Positions 1 to 12,416 of a stretch of 41,996 nucleotides of DNA are shown here, piece by piece. Location of the stretch: positions 77,141,128 to 77,183,123 of the forward strand of contig NC_068984.1 in assembly GCF_001194135.2 (NCBI RefSeq). The letters run 5' to 3'. Positions within the stretch are counted from its first letter, which is position 1. The number at the start of each line of letters is the position of its first letter. The notes under the pieces are model-generated. The model saw only the letters and a list, made by a program, of their open reading frames with translations. It ran no database searches and was not told the DNA's origin. Source of the stretch: Octopus bimaculoides (lineage: Eukaryota). The translations under genes were made by a program, and so were the position numbers.

Positions 1-817
1 GATGGTGCGTTGGAGAGGTAGGGTGGTGGGGTGGTAGGTGAGGGGAAAAGGGAGGCGGGAGACGGCAGGGTGGGTTCGGAGGGAGAGAGCAGATGCACGG
101 TCCACGGAACATGCTCTGGCAAGGGTGATGTGGTTAGGGGTGAGGGGATATCCACGTAGGATGAAGTGGCGAGCCATGAGTTGAAACTGAGTCTCAAAGT
201 CATGGTCTCGTCACTACAGAGCCTGCGTAGACGGAAGAATTGGGAATAAGGGATGGAAAGCTTGGTGTGTTTAGGGTGGGAGAAGGAGAAGTTGAGGTAT
301 GAGTGTGAGTCTGTGTGTTTGTAGTGGATAGAGGTGGTAAGAGTGGAGTGATGAATGCTGACCGAAATGTCAAGAAAGAAGACATAGGTGTCAGAGATAG
401 TGCAGGAGAAGTGGGGGCCAGGATGGAAAGATTTGACAAAAGAGAGGAAGGGGTCTAGATGTTCGCGGAAGAGTGAGGTTGTGCCGATACAGTCGTCAAT
501 ATAACGGCCATATAGTTCGGGAGTGGGACCAATGAAACTTGAGAATATTTGGGCCTCAACATAGCCAACGAACAGGTTCGCATAGTTGGGGCCCATTCTC
601 GCTCCCGAGACATGCTGGAAGATATCGCACGTGAACGAGAAGCAGTTGGGTGAGAGGACCAGTTCGGCCAGACAAACGAGTCTGGAGGTGTCGGGTTGGG
701 GTTGGGTCGGAGGTCAAGGAAATGTTTGAGTGCACGCAGCCCCTCGTGGTGAGCGATCACCGTGTAAAGTGTCTGGATATCGAGAGTGAAGAGAATTTTA
801 AAGGGGCTAGAGAATTT
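1..817 (-). mobile_element. Penelope-like element (PLE) reverse transcriptase fragment, frameshifted
   Basis: Manual minus-strand translation gives LFTLDIQTLYTVI, then after a frameshift MGPNYANLFVGYVE, YGRYIDD, YKHTDSHSYLNF.SHP, SIPYSQFFRLRRLCS, FILRGYP and LPFPLTYHP. These are PLE RT core and thumb motifs. The element runs off the window start and into the gap at 818. Confidence 0.9.
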
Positions 818-1505
818 NNNNNNNNNNNNNNNNNNNNNNNNNNNNNNNNNNNNNNNNNNNNNNNNNNNNNNNNNNNNNNNNNNNNNNNNNNNNNNNNNNN
901 NNNNNNNNNNNNNNNNNNNNNNNNNNNNNNNNNNNNNNNNNNNNNNNNNNNNNNNNNNNNNNNNNNNNNNNNNNNNNNNNNNNNNNNNNNNNNNNNNNNN
1001 NNNNNNNNNNNNNNNNNNNNNNNNNNNNNNNNNNNNNNNNNNNNNNNNNNNNNNNNNNNNNNNNNNNNNNNNNNNNNNNNNNNNNNNNNNNNNNNNNNNN
1101 NNNNNNNNNNNNNNNNNNNNNNNNNNNNNNNNNNNNNNNNNNNNNNNNNNNNNNNNNNNNNNNNNNNNNNNNNNNNNNNNNNNNNNNNNNNNNNNNNNNN
1201 NNNNNNNNNNNNNNNNNNNNNNNNNNNNNNNNNNNNNNNNNNNNNNNNNNNNNNNNNNNNNNNNNNNNNNNNNNNNNNNNNNNNNNNNNNNNNNNNNNNN
1301 NNNNNNNNNNNNNNNNNNNNNNNNNNNNNNNNNNNNNNNNNNNNNNNNNNNNNNNNNNNNNNNNNNNNNNNNNNNNNNNNNNNNNNNNNNNNNNNNNNNN
1401 NNNNNNNNNNNNNNNNNNNNNNNNNNNNNNNNNNNNNNNNNNNNNNNNNNNNNNNNNNNNNNNNNNNNNNNNNNNNNNNNNNNNNNNNNNNNNNNNNNNN
1501 NNNNN

Positions 1506-1906
1506 ATATTCTGTTATTTTTTACACGCTTTAATTATTTGACTGCAGCCATGCTTGAACACCGCCTTTAGTCGAAGAAATCGATCCCAGATCTTATTCTT
1601 TATAAGCCTAGTACTTATTCTATCGGAATTCTGCAGAACCACTAAATTACGGGGACGTAAACACACCAACGTCGGTATCAAGCGATGGTGCGGGGACAAA
1701 CATAGACACTGAAACACACACGCACACATATATATATATACGACAGGATTCTTTTCAGTTTCCGTCTACCAAATCCACTCACAAGGCTTTGGTCAGCCAG
1801 ATGCTATAGTAGAAAACCCTCGCCCAAGGTGTCACGCAGTGGGACTGAACCCGGAACGTTGTTGTTGTGATGCAAGCTTCTTACCATACAGCCACTTTTG
1901 CGCCTG
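1506..1906 (-). mobile_element. tRNA-derived SINE, family A (internal CA/TA microsatellite, 3' tail present)
   Basis: The reverse complement has A-box-like TGGCTGTATGG, B-box-like GGGTTCAGTCC and CORE-like CCTTGGGCGAG. The head and body are nearly identical to 6972-7158. Confidence 0.85.
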
Positions 1907-2713
1907 CCTCTTACCACTCAACCACTCCTGTTCATCCGAAGTTTTATTTATTAAAAAGGAAACATTTATTAAAAAAGAAATATATTACGAATAGCATAAG
2001 CTTGGGAACAGTGTAAGTAATTGTATATAAAATATATATCACTGTGTAATACAATAAAGATACAATGGTAACGGCAAGAATTAGTTTCTATAGAAAATAA
2101 AGAATAAAACGGATTTATTGACCCAAAACAGGAATGAAATATATAGTAATGATGTAAAACATGACGTTATCTTTATTTTGAAAATAACTCGCATAACGAC
2201 CAAAGTGAAAAACTGAAACAAAAAAAAAAAGAGAAAAATACGGGAAAAAAAAAAAGGATGAAACTGATAAATGGAAAATATTTTAGACGTTCATTTAATA
2301 ACATTCTTAGTCAGGATAGCAATATAGTTAAAGTAATCTTAAAAAGCCTTTGTACATAACTGTATGTAACTCTTTATTTTTAAGGATGGTAATTATATGT
2401 CGATATTTTTACGAATATGAGATTTATTACATTACATTATGAGATTTCTTTCTGATAATAAAAGCAATTGTATTACATTCATGTGTCGATGCATATTCAG
2501 TGTTAGAATATACATATGTATGTTGGCTCCCTATTAGTGCATATGCGCCATAGTAAAATGCTGTGATCGGCGTGTATAAGTACGTATCTTTAATTATGTA
2601 TGTGAAAGAAGTGCACTTCGACATCTACAGCCACACCCATAAACAGGTACACACACATACATACACATACGTATATATACACATACATATAAACAGACAT
2701 ATATATATACATC

Positions 2714-2714
<1 letters not shown>

Positions 2715-2746
<32 letters not shown>

Positions 2747-2755
2747 GTAATAATA

Positions 2756-2793
<38 letters not shown>

Positions 2794-2850
2794 CATATTG
2801 ATAATAATAATAATAATAATAACAACAACAACAATTATAATAATAATAAT
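2715..2850 (+). repeat. (AAT)n microsatellite with AAC variants
   Basis: Directly visible; it produces the poly-N and poly-I ORFs. Confidence 0.97.
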
Positions 2851-2853
2851 ACT

Positions 2854-3062
2854 TTCTACTATAGGCACAATGCTTGAAATTTGAGGGGAGGGGTTAGTCG
2901 ATTTTATTGAACCAGTATGTAACTGGTACTTAATTTATCGATCCCGAAAGGATGAAAGGCAAAGTCGACCACGACAGAATTTGAACTCAGAACGTTGTCT
3001 CGGACGAAATACCGTTAAGCATTTTGCACGGCGTGCTAACGGTCATGCCAGCTCGCTGCCTT
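2854..3062 (-). mobile_element. tRNA-derived SINE, family B
   Basis: The reverse complement reads GGCAGCGAGCTGGCATGACCGTTAGC (head), GAGTTCAAATTC (B-box), central GTCGACTTTGCCTTTCATCCTTTCGGGATCGATAAATTAAGTACCAG, and tail ...GCCTATAGTAGAAAG abutting the triplet array. It is homologous to 3075-3250 and 18586-18765. Confidence 0.85.
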
Positions 3063-3074
3063 TTTATAATAAAC

Positions 3075-3352
<278 letters not shown>

Positions 3353-3355
3353 AAT

Positions 3356-3647
3356 AATAAAGCAAAAATTGTTCCTGTTATTATAGGTGTTCTATCATAG
3401 GTGTTCTATGATAAGAAAAAGCAATGTCAGAAACATTCAGACAACAGCACAGAAATCCAAAAGATTGTGCTGGGAAATACTGCGCACATCCTTAGAAAAA
3501 CCCTTTCAATTTAAACGCTTATGTTGTATTATATGGAAGTATTTCACAATTTCCCCCACCAAATCGCCTCCACAGGCTTTCAGTTAATCAACGACGCTGG
3601 GCATGTTTCGGTAAGTGATTTCAACAAACATGCAAATTAAAAGTAAA

Positions 3648-3648
<1 letters not shown>
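3356..3648 (+). mobile_element. R4/Dong-like RLE non-LTR retrotransposon, 3' end fragment
   Basis: The frames give KAKIVPVIIG and EIQKIVLGNTAHILRKTLSI*, matching the C-terminus of the 14651-16707 copy. A short 3' UTR follows, ending in (ACT)n(AAT)n. Confidence 0.8.
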
Positions 3649-3691
<43 letters not shown>

Positions 3692-3715
3692 ATAATAATA
3701 ATAATAATAATAATG

Positions 3716-3985
3716 ATAGGTGCCGAAAAAGGAGCCGGGGAGTGAAGGATCAGCTCTTAATTGATATTCTAATTATCAGGAACTGCAAGAGAAGACATAC
3801 AAACCTGAACATGGTATGGGTTGACTATCGCAAAGCATACGATATGATACCACACTTCTGGATAATAAAAACAATGAAAATTTATGGAATAGCAGAGAAT
3901 ATGAGAAGCCTTATATGGAATAACATGAAATACTGGAGAACGGAATTGACAGCAGGAAAGCAAGTACTAGAAAGCAAGTACTCAA
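3716..3985 (+). mobile_element. R4/Dong-like LINE, RT N-terminal fragment
   Basis: [16 protein letters not shown]...[15 protein letters not shown] is a non-LTR RT motif paralleling GCKDQLI...WIDYRKAFDSVPH at 14.7 kb. (AAT)n flanks it on both sides. Confidence 0.85.
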
Positions 3986-4033
3986 TAATAATAATAATAA
4001 TAATAATAATATAATAATAATAATAATAATAAT

Positions 4034-4094
<61 letters not shown>

Positions 4095-4120
4095 GCAACA
4101 ACAATAATAATAATAATAAT

Positions 4121-4160
<40 letters not shown>

Positions 4161-4165
4161 GTAAT
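3985..4165 (+). repeat. Compound (AAT)n/(AAC)n microsatellite
   Basis: Directly visible. Confidence 0.95.
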
Positions 4166-4533
4166 AGCAAGCCCCTTTGACCCACGAATAGTTAAGGAGG
4201 AAGGCGAAAATATAGATAAATAGATAAATACAACTCTCTTATGTACGAAATAGCCCGGCTATGGAGAATGAAGAAGGTGAAGATAGTGCCAATTATTGTT
4301 GGGTCCTTGGGAACAATATCAGAAGACATCAAAAGGAATATAAAGGAAATTACAATAAAGTGCCCAGTGAACTGTTACAAAAGTGATCCAGAAGACACCA
4401 TTGTTGGGTACAACTCACATTTTAAGGAGAGTATTGTCCCTTTGAGCCACAGGAGAAGGAACATTGGTGATTTGTTATTGCCTGCTTTCAAGTAGAGAAC
4501 AACTGGAAATTAAGAACTATCCGAGAGTCTTTC

Positions 4534-4536
<3 letters not shown>
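4166..4536 (+). mobile_element. R4/Dong-like LINE, 3' end fragment
   Basis: YEIARLWRMKKVKIVPIIVGSLGTI and LLGTTHILRRVLSL* match the C-terminus of the 21715-23208 copy. The UTR ends in (AAT)n. Confidence 0.8.
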
Positions 4537-4594
<58 letters not shown>

Positions 4595-5403
4595 CTAGTT
4601 TAAGTGTTGGCTGGCTGGCTGGTTGGTGGAAATCGCTAGTCACGTTTTACACTGTAAAGAGGAGAAGCGCGAGAATACGTATTGGGGTCGATTCGTTCAA
4701 GTAAAAAACCTTTACTGAAATAAGTAAAAAAGAAAATACACACACACACACACACACACACAAATAAATTTATTCATTTATGTATAAAAGTACGTACGAA
4801 TGCATGTACACATACGTACACATACTTGTGTGTATATTAAATGCATAGTTTTAATATACAGAAGAGGGAAAACGTGCAACGTTGCTTAGATTACGTATGT
4901 AAACCTATGCGCGTTTTTGCACGTGTGTGGTAAGGTGTGTATGGTTGTATGTATGTATCACGCTCTTTTATTCGTGTAGCAAGATTCTTGATGCAAATGT
5001 ATGTTGAAGAGAACGATTTGACTGAGACATTTTGTAAACAAGAAACACATCAGTTGGTTCTACTTCACTTTATACAATTATTGACATACTTGGCATATGA
5101 AGCAATTAACTAACTGAGTGCTTGATTAATTGTTCGATCATCGATCACATGTTTCTCTAAGACTAAACTTTCTTAATGAATGCATGTCACTGACGAATTC
5201 GAAAAGGGCGGCAGTCGTACTCTAATATAAGACATGACTGATTAAGCAACCCCACCAAAATTTACTGATATACATATGATTTTATTTTTGACAAAATACA
5301 AAGAAGCGAAATAGGTATATGTTCTTATTGGCAAAACAATCCTCCCAAGATATGAATACAAAATACATACATAATTAAATAAATAAATAAATAAATACAT
5401 ACA

Positions 5404-5467
<64 letters not shown>

Positions 5468-5891
5468 NNNNNNNNNNNNNNNNNNNNNNNNNNNNNNNNN
5501 NNNNNNNNNNNNNNNNNNNNNNNNNNNNNNNNNNNNNNNNNNNNNNNNNNNNNNNNNNNNNNNNNNNNNNNNNNNNNNNNNNNNNNNNNNNNNNNNNNNN
5601 NNNNNNNNNNNNNNNNNNNNNNNNNNNNNNNNNNNNNNNNNNNNNNNNNNNNNNNNNNNNNNNNNNNNNNNNNNNNNNNNNNNNNNNNNNNNNNNNNNNN
5701 NNNNNNNNNNNNNNNNNNNNNNNNNNNNNNNNNNNNNNNNNNNNNNNNNNNNNNNNNNNNNNNNNNNNNNNNNNNNNNNNNNNNNNNNNNNNNNNNNNNN
5801 NNNNNNNNNNNNNNNNNNNNNNNNNNNNNNNNNNNNNNNNNNNNNNNNNNNNNNNNNNNNNNNNNNNNNNNNNNNNNNNNNNNNNNNNNNN

Positions 5892-6052
5892 GGTCCAATC
5901 TACCAAGTTCTTTTACAGGGTTTAGAAAAACTGAGGGACTTCACAACAAGTGTGTGACTCAGAGATGGGGAATAGGTTCAATAAAATCATAATTAACTGA
6001 TCCTATTGTATTTTCTTTTACCCAAAGCCAAGAACTTTTCATCACCCTCCAT
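5892..6052 (+). mobile_element. Mariner-derived MITE, 3' part (5' part lost in gap)
   Basis: It is homologous to 30817-31034 and 27774-27922, ends ...CCCAAAGCCAAGAACTTTTCATCACCC (TIR), and retains the transposase C-terminal remnant LQGLEKL. Confidence 0.75.
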
Positions 6053-6053
6053 G

Positions 6054-6113
<60 letters not shown>

Positions 6114-6691
6114 TGTGTGTGTGTACGAAAGTAAAAACGGGACTAAAATTCCAAGCAGATATAAATAAAGCACTCAGTCTTAAAAGAATTTGGTTAACTA
6201 TATCCATCAATCGGATACCAATAAATGCAAGTAGAATATTCATCCGAGGTAGTTCCTTATGTATAACAAGGATTTCGAGAATATGACAACAAAAATACGT
6301 TTAGAGTAAACAACATATTTAATTGTAGCATTCACCTTACAAGGCCGACAAATATTTCTGCGGTATGACCATATTTAGATATAGAAAATATCATTGAAAT
6401 TAGTATTTCCGAAAATACTTGCTAACACAATATTTTCAATAAGTTAAATTCAAAATATACTGGAAATAATTCTGTTGTTCGCTTTGAAGTTAATTTCCAT
6501 CGCCACGAAAACGTTATGTTAACATGCATTTTCTTAAATATTAATTTCAATATTTCCTTTAAATATGTTGTTACAACAGAAATAATTGCCGTCTTTGTAA
6601 CGTGAATTCTACAATTAAACCATACCTTTATCCCACATGGGTTCAAATCCTCTCCTCTCTTCAGCTGAGTCCCCGCTCTCTTCTCTTCATA

Positions 6692-6780
6692 TGACACCTA
6701 CTTCCTCTCTTCATTCCTACCCACCTCTCCTGTCCTCTTTTGCTCTGACACCTACTTCCTCTCTTCACTCCTACCCACCT
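6692..6780 (+). repeat. Direct repeat of a 35-bp pyrimidine-rich unit, period 54
   Basis: TGACACCTACTTCCTCTCTTCA(T/C)TCCTACCCACCT occurs at 6692-6726 and 6746-6780. Confidence 0.85.
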
Positions 6781-6786
6781 TCTCTC

Positions 6787-6974
6787 TTCATTGGGTGTGA
6801 TGGTCACATCTTGGATAGATTTAGAAGGTGACTTATTTCTACCTTTAATCAATTACGACTTAAAATGCAGTAGCTACTAATCTCTCTGTAGTTGATTATT
6901 TAGATGCTTCCCTAGAATTAACTACTTGTAAAAACCCATCCATAAGCGCTTAAGTACATGTATTGTACCCTTTG
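6787..6974 (+). mobile_element. Short Naiad-like PLE RT fragment, inverted copy of 13466-13660
   Basis: It is nearly identical to the reverse complement of 13466-13660 (GATAGATTTAGAA.GTGACTTATTTCTACCTTTAATCAATTACGACTTAAAAT...CATGTATTGTACCCTTTG). Confidence 0.8.
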
Positions 6975-7127
6975 GCTGTGTGGTAAGTTGCTTGCTTAGC
7001 AACGACATGATTCCGGGTTCAGTCCCACTGCGTGGCATCTTGAGCAAGTGTCTTCTACTATAGCCTCGGGCCGACCAAAGCCTTGTGAGTGGATTTGGTA
7101 GACTGAAAGTGAAAGAAACCCGTCGTA

Positions 7128-7158
<31 letters not shown>
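6972..7158 (+). mobile_element. tRNA-derived SINE, family A (head and body, runs into TA repeat and gap)
   Basis: It has A-box TGGCTGTGTGG, B-box GGGTTCAGTCC and CORE-like CTTGAGCAAGTGTCTT, and matches the 1506-1906 copy. Confidence 0.85.
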
Positions 7159-8119
7159 NNNNNNNNNNNNNNNNNNNNNNNNNNNNNNNNNNNNNNNNNN
7201 NNNNNNNNNNNNNNNNNNNNNNNNNNNNNNNNNNNNNNNNNNNNNNNNNNNNNNNNNNNNNNNNNNNNNNNNNNNNNNNNNNNNNNNNNNNNNNNNNNNN
7301 NNNNNNNNNNNNNNNNNNNNNNNNNNNNNNNNNNNNNNNNNNNNNNNNNNNNNNNNNNNNNNNNNNNNNNNNNNNNNNNNNNNNNNNNNNNNNNNNNNNN
7401 NNNNNNNNNNNNNNNNNNNNNNNNNNNNNNNNNNNNNNNNNNNNNNNNNNNNNNNNNNNNNNNNNNNNNNNNNNNNNNNNNNNNNNNNNNNNNNNNNNNN
7501 NNNNNNNNNNNNNNNNNNNNNNNNNNNNNNNNNNNNNNNNNNNNNNNNNNNNNNNNNNNNNNNNNNNNNNNNNNNNNNNNNNNNNNNNNNNNNNNNNNNN
7601 NNNNNNNNNNNNNNNNNNNNNNNNNNNNNNNNNNNNNNNNNNNNNNNNNNNNNNNNNNNNNNTATATATATATATATATATATATGTTTATATATACATA
7701 TGTATTATTGAAACGGATTTATCCCCTTGTGACTTAAGCATCGCTGTACTTCAATCTTCATGTGATATATACATATGTACATATGCATACACACAAGTAT
7801 ATAGGGGAGGAGCATTCATGCAGTTATACTCTCATACAGATTCTTTCTTCCTCAGTGTCTTTCACTTCAAGAAATAGTTCATTCAACAGATTCAACATAA
7901 TTACATGCTTAGCAAGATATAGTGATATACATAAACTGTTAGTTACACTCATGAATGCAGCCAGAAATACAGTCACATGCAAATAAGCACACCACACACA
8001 CACATATATACACACTAGAACACACAACACATATACTCCCAACCACTCCCCTGACACAGCCACATATATTTATACATGTATATATGCACATTTATATATA
8101 AACAAAAATGCATATATGT

Positions 8120-8415
8120 GAAGGCGCATGGCTCAGTGGTTAAGGTGTTGCACTCACGATGCGAGATGGTTTGGTTAGATTTTCAGACCGGGCGTTGCGT
8201 TGTGTTCTTGAGCAAAGAACTTCATTTCACGTTACTCAGCGATCATTTCGTCATATGACATGTGGCACCCGTTGCACATGTAAAGGCAATGTCGATTTGA
8301 TGGAGCGAGTGAGCTTATGTCTACACAAACACTTGATCACTATAAACAAATCATCTGTGTGGTTGTTAGGTAAGAAATTGTCGAGCCCTCATGCGTCGTT
8401 TAACGATGGGGGAGT
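8120..8415 (+). mobile_element. tRNA-derived SINE, family C
   Basis: A GGCGCATGGCTCAGTGGTTAAGG tRNA-like head is followed by a degenerate B-box and CORE-like TGTGTTCTTGAGCAAAGAACTT. It is bounded by TA microsatellites. Confidence 0.72.
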
Positions 8416-8429
8416 CTGTCGTATATATG

Positions 8430-8474
<45 letters not shown>

Positions 8475-8682
8475 NNNNNNNNNNNNNNNNNNNNNNNNNN
8501 NNNNNNNNNNNNNNNNNNNNNNNNNNNNNNNNNNNNNNNNNNNNNNNNNNNNNNNNNNNNNNNNNNNNNNNNNNNNNNNNNNNNNNNNNNNNNNNNNNNN
8601 NNNNNNNNNNNNNNNNNNNNNNNNNNNNNNNNNNNNNNNNNNNNNNNNNNNNNNNNNNNNNNNNNNNNNNNNNNNNNNNNNN

Positions 8683-8828
8683 CAGGACAAAATACCAAAA
8701 GAAGATAATTCCTCGTCAGTTTTAATATTCCCTATTTCGTGCTTTCAACAACAAGATGGGAAAACTTCATAAGACAGCAGCATTCAAAAATTTCTTCATA
8801 TAAAATTTGTGGAGAGTTATATATATAT

Positions 8829-8880
<52 letters not shown>

Positions 8881-9480
8881 CCTCTATACCGCAACAATTT
8901 CTGGAATAGGTTGGAGAGGGACACCAACAAAAGAAATAGAAACAATACTTGGTATGATAACAAGAAGTTTCACAGGGCATTTAAGAAAATGCTGCGCACA
9001 ACTGGCCTTAAAGTCAAAGTTGTAGAGAAGACAGGTAGGAGTATCAAATCTGCATTAAGTAAATCATACTCATTTGATAAAATCACGTGTCGGAATAATT
9101 GTGTACTATGTTCTACAAACCCACATGTGAACTGCAAAAAGAAAAAGCACTGTATACCAGATTAAGGGCCAAGAAGGTACTTGCGCGATTATCCCAGAGC
9201 CATGTATTGGTGACACTTCTAGGAACATCAATGACAGGTTCAAAGAACACCTGGACAACTACACTGAGAAAAGAACCAAACTCCATCTTCTATCAACATG
9301 CTGTAGACTGCCACAATGGATACTTAGAGAGACTTAGGCTAGACATGCTATCTACACATCCCACAGAGGCAATGCTGAGACAAGTCACCGAAGCTGTCTA
9401 TACAGGAATACAGACCCACCCTCAACCGTAAATCAGAATGGGGTAACACCCAGACTCCACTCCGGACTACCCATCTATAA
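8683..9480 (+). mobile_element. PLE C-terminal fragment (linker, Cys-rich motif, GIY-YIG endonuclease), Neptune-like, frameshifted
   Basis: The frames give KVVEKTGRSIKSALSKS, CRNNCVLC...C, VYQIK...CIGDTSRNINDRFKEH, AMLRQVTEAVY and LNRKSEWG. A TA/CA microsatellite interrupts it at about 8819-8878. The clade label comes from recalled motifs. Confidence 0.8.
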
Positions 9481-9743
9481 TCACCTCTTTCTCTCACTTC
9501 CATGTAGAAATTCATACATACATGTTGAGATGCATGACACTGAAATATATATATGTAGTTATATATAAACGTATGAGTGTACATAGAATAATATATATGT
9601 ACGTATGTGTAGAGATATGTGTATTTTATCGTGCGTGTGTATGTTTGTGTGTACTTGTGTGTATATGTGTGTGAGTATATGTATGTGAATAAGTGTGTAT
9701 ATGCATGCACGTATGAGTATGTGTGTTTATATATGTATGTTAT

Positions 9744-9820
<77 letters not shown>

Positions 9821-10338
9821 TATGTATACGTCTACACAGATACATACCTAAATACTCACATACATACGTAAGTACATAGATGCATATGTACATACATACA
9901 TATATACATACATACATACATACATACATACANNNNNNNNNNATATATATATATACATAGACTTATATATATGTATGTATGCAAATATATATGTATATGT
10001 CGATGTAAAATATAAGAAAAAAGTTTTGAATTTTAATCGTTGTTTGCGAAAATAGTGACATACATATGTGTACATAGATAAGCGTATATATGTGTATACT
10101 TTAAGATTATATGTATGTGTGTGTGTGTATACGTGTTTATTTGATTGTGTGTGCTTGTACATATGTACAGGTAGGTTTATATTTGCATATATGTATCTAA
10201 GACATTGTAAGTCATCATACGTTAGACGGTGGTGAGAGGGTCATATATATATATATACATACATATATATATATACAACATTCAACAGAGTAACAGTCAT
10301 ATATACAACTTGAACAGACTCACACATCAGTACATAGC

Positions 10339-10384
<46 letters not shown>

Positions 10385-10484
10385 TATGTATACGTCTACA
10401 CAGATACATACCTAAATACTCACATACATACGTAAGTACATAGATGCATATGTACATACATACATATATACATACATACATACA

Positions 10485-10515
<31 letters not shown>

Positions 10516-10534
10516 CATAAACTGACTTTTACTT

Positions 10535-10710
10535 TCTGAGATGCAGCACGGAATTTTGTCAGTGGAAAGGTCGCGGTTTCAAAGCGACGAAAATATTTTG
10601 ACAAATTAAATTTTGAAGTGAATCTAACGGGTTTTGTGTGTTTTTAAATAGCTTATAACCAACTTCCATGCTGCAATTGTTTGTATTTCAGCACACAATC
10701 TCAGATCAAG
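10535..10710 (+). repeat. Interspersed repeat remnant with a hammerhead-like fold (possible PLE terminal repeat)
   Basis: The nested pairings TTTGTCA/TGACAAA and GTCGC/GCGAC followed by GAAA are directly visible. The family assignment is inferred. Confidence 0.4.
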
Positions 10711-11130
10711 TCATTGGCTATGCAAGTACATATGCGTAATATATATATATATATATATANNNNNNNNNNNNNNNNNNNNNNNNNNNNNNNNNNNNNNNNN
10801 NNNNNNNNNNNNNNNNNNNNNNNNNNNNNNNNNNNNNNNNNNNNNNNNNNNNNNNNNNNNNNNNNNNNNNNNNNNNNNNNNNNNNNNNNNNNNNNNNNNN
10901 NNNNNNNNNNNNNNNNNNNNNNNNNNNNNNNNNNNNNNNNNNNNNNNNNNNNNNNNNNNNNNNNNNNNNNNNNNNNNNNNNNNNNNNNNNNNNNNNNNNN
11001 NNNNNNNNNNNNNNNNNNNNNNNNNNNNNNNNNNNNNNNNNNNNNNNNNNNNNNNNNNNNNNNNNNNNNNNNNNNNNNNNNNNNNNNNNNNNNNNNNNNN
11101 NNNNNNNNTATATATACATGTTCATATATA

Positions 11131-12416
11131 ACAGGTTATCCCATAAGTTCTGTCCGAATTTTGAATAAAGAAAACAAGTGATCAAATGTTATATTTAATT
11201 GAAATTTAATCATCAATATACTTTCCCTGATTATCTATGACTTCCTTCCATGTATTTACAAGCTTTTTAATACCATCAATGTAAAACTCTTTTGGTTTCA
11301 AAGCGAAGAACTCTGAAATGTCAGTTTCGACCTCCTCCTGGCTTGCGAAAGTTATGTCCCCCAAATGATTCTGTAAACTACGAAACAAATGGTTGTCTGA
11401 AGGAGCAAGGTCGGGAGAATAATGTGGATGAGGAATTTTTTCCCAACCAAGCACTTCGATCTTCAGTGATGTGATATTTGCAATGTGGGGTCGTGCATTG
11501 TCCTGATGAAACATCACCCCTTTTCGATTCACTAAAGCAGGTCTTTTTTTTTTTTTGCTTGGTTCAAATGCTTTAATTGATGACAATAGACTAGCATTTA
11601 TTGTTGCATTAGGTGGTAACAATTCAAAGTGAATTACTCCTTTGCAATCTCACCAGACAGAGAGAAGAACCTTTTTTCCCATGAAGTTCCCTTCTCGGTT
11701 GTGGTTGAGCGTTTCCCCTATCACCAAGCCACTGTTTACGAAATTTAACATTTCGATAGAAGATCCATTTTTCTTTACCAGTCAAAAGTCTATCCAAAAA
11801 GGGTGAAATGACTTCGCGAGAATGGAGAAAAGAGCAGATGTCAACTCAGGATTTGCGGTTGCTTTCGGACGATTCATTAGGCACCCATTTTCCAAGTTTA
11901 GGAACTTTTCCAAGTTGTTGAATATGACGATGAACAGTTGTATGGTTGGAACTGAGCTTTATTGCCAATTTTTCAACTGATAATGCAAGATTTTCTTCAA
12001 GTAATGCCTCAAGCAGCTTATCCTCAAACTCAAATGGACGCCCTGTTCGATCTTCATCTTCAAGGGTGAAACCTCCACTTCTGAATTTTGCAAACCATCT
12101 TCAGCAAGTTCTTTCATTCAAGCATTCTTTCCGATAAACTGAGTGTATGTTTCGAGTCACTTCGGCTGCAGAATTTCGTTTTTTGTACTCACAAAGCATT
12201 ATGTGTCTCAAATGCTCTTTGGATACTTCCATGTTAGAAAGGGCTTTAATCAAAGAAATTTTAATTCTATTATTCTATAAAATAATATTTAATTAGTTTA
12301 AATGTACACAAATGCATAAAAACAATTATTAATTGCATTAGCCAATCTAAAATACTATTAACTTTCATTCAATTTTAAAAATGGTGAAATCGGACAGAAC
12401 TTATGGGATGACCTGA
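11131..12416 (-). mobile_element. Full-length mariner (DD34D) transposon, 1286 bp, pseudogenised transposase
   Basis: The TIRs are ACAGGTTATCCCATAAGTTCTGTCCGA and TCGGACAGAACTTATGGGATGACCTGA, with TA target-site duplications at 11129-30 and 12417-18. Motifs HQDNARPH, YSPDLAPSD and GRP are present, with stops and frameshifts. Confidence 0.95.

Noticed and set aside
6130-6620. Possible additional PLE 3' end (ILEILVIHKELPRMN on the minus strand)
   Set aside because: It has only one weak motif, and I could not link it to other PLE domains.
9810-10500. Near-identical ~120-bp segment at about 9810-9932 and 10372-10500
   Set aside because: It is low-complexity, bracketed by CA and CATA repeats, and next to a 10-N gap. 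It is most likely an assembly or haplotype duplication.
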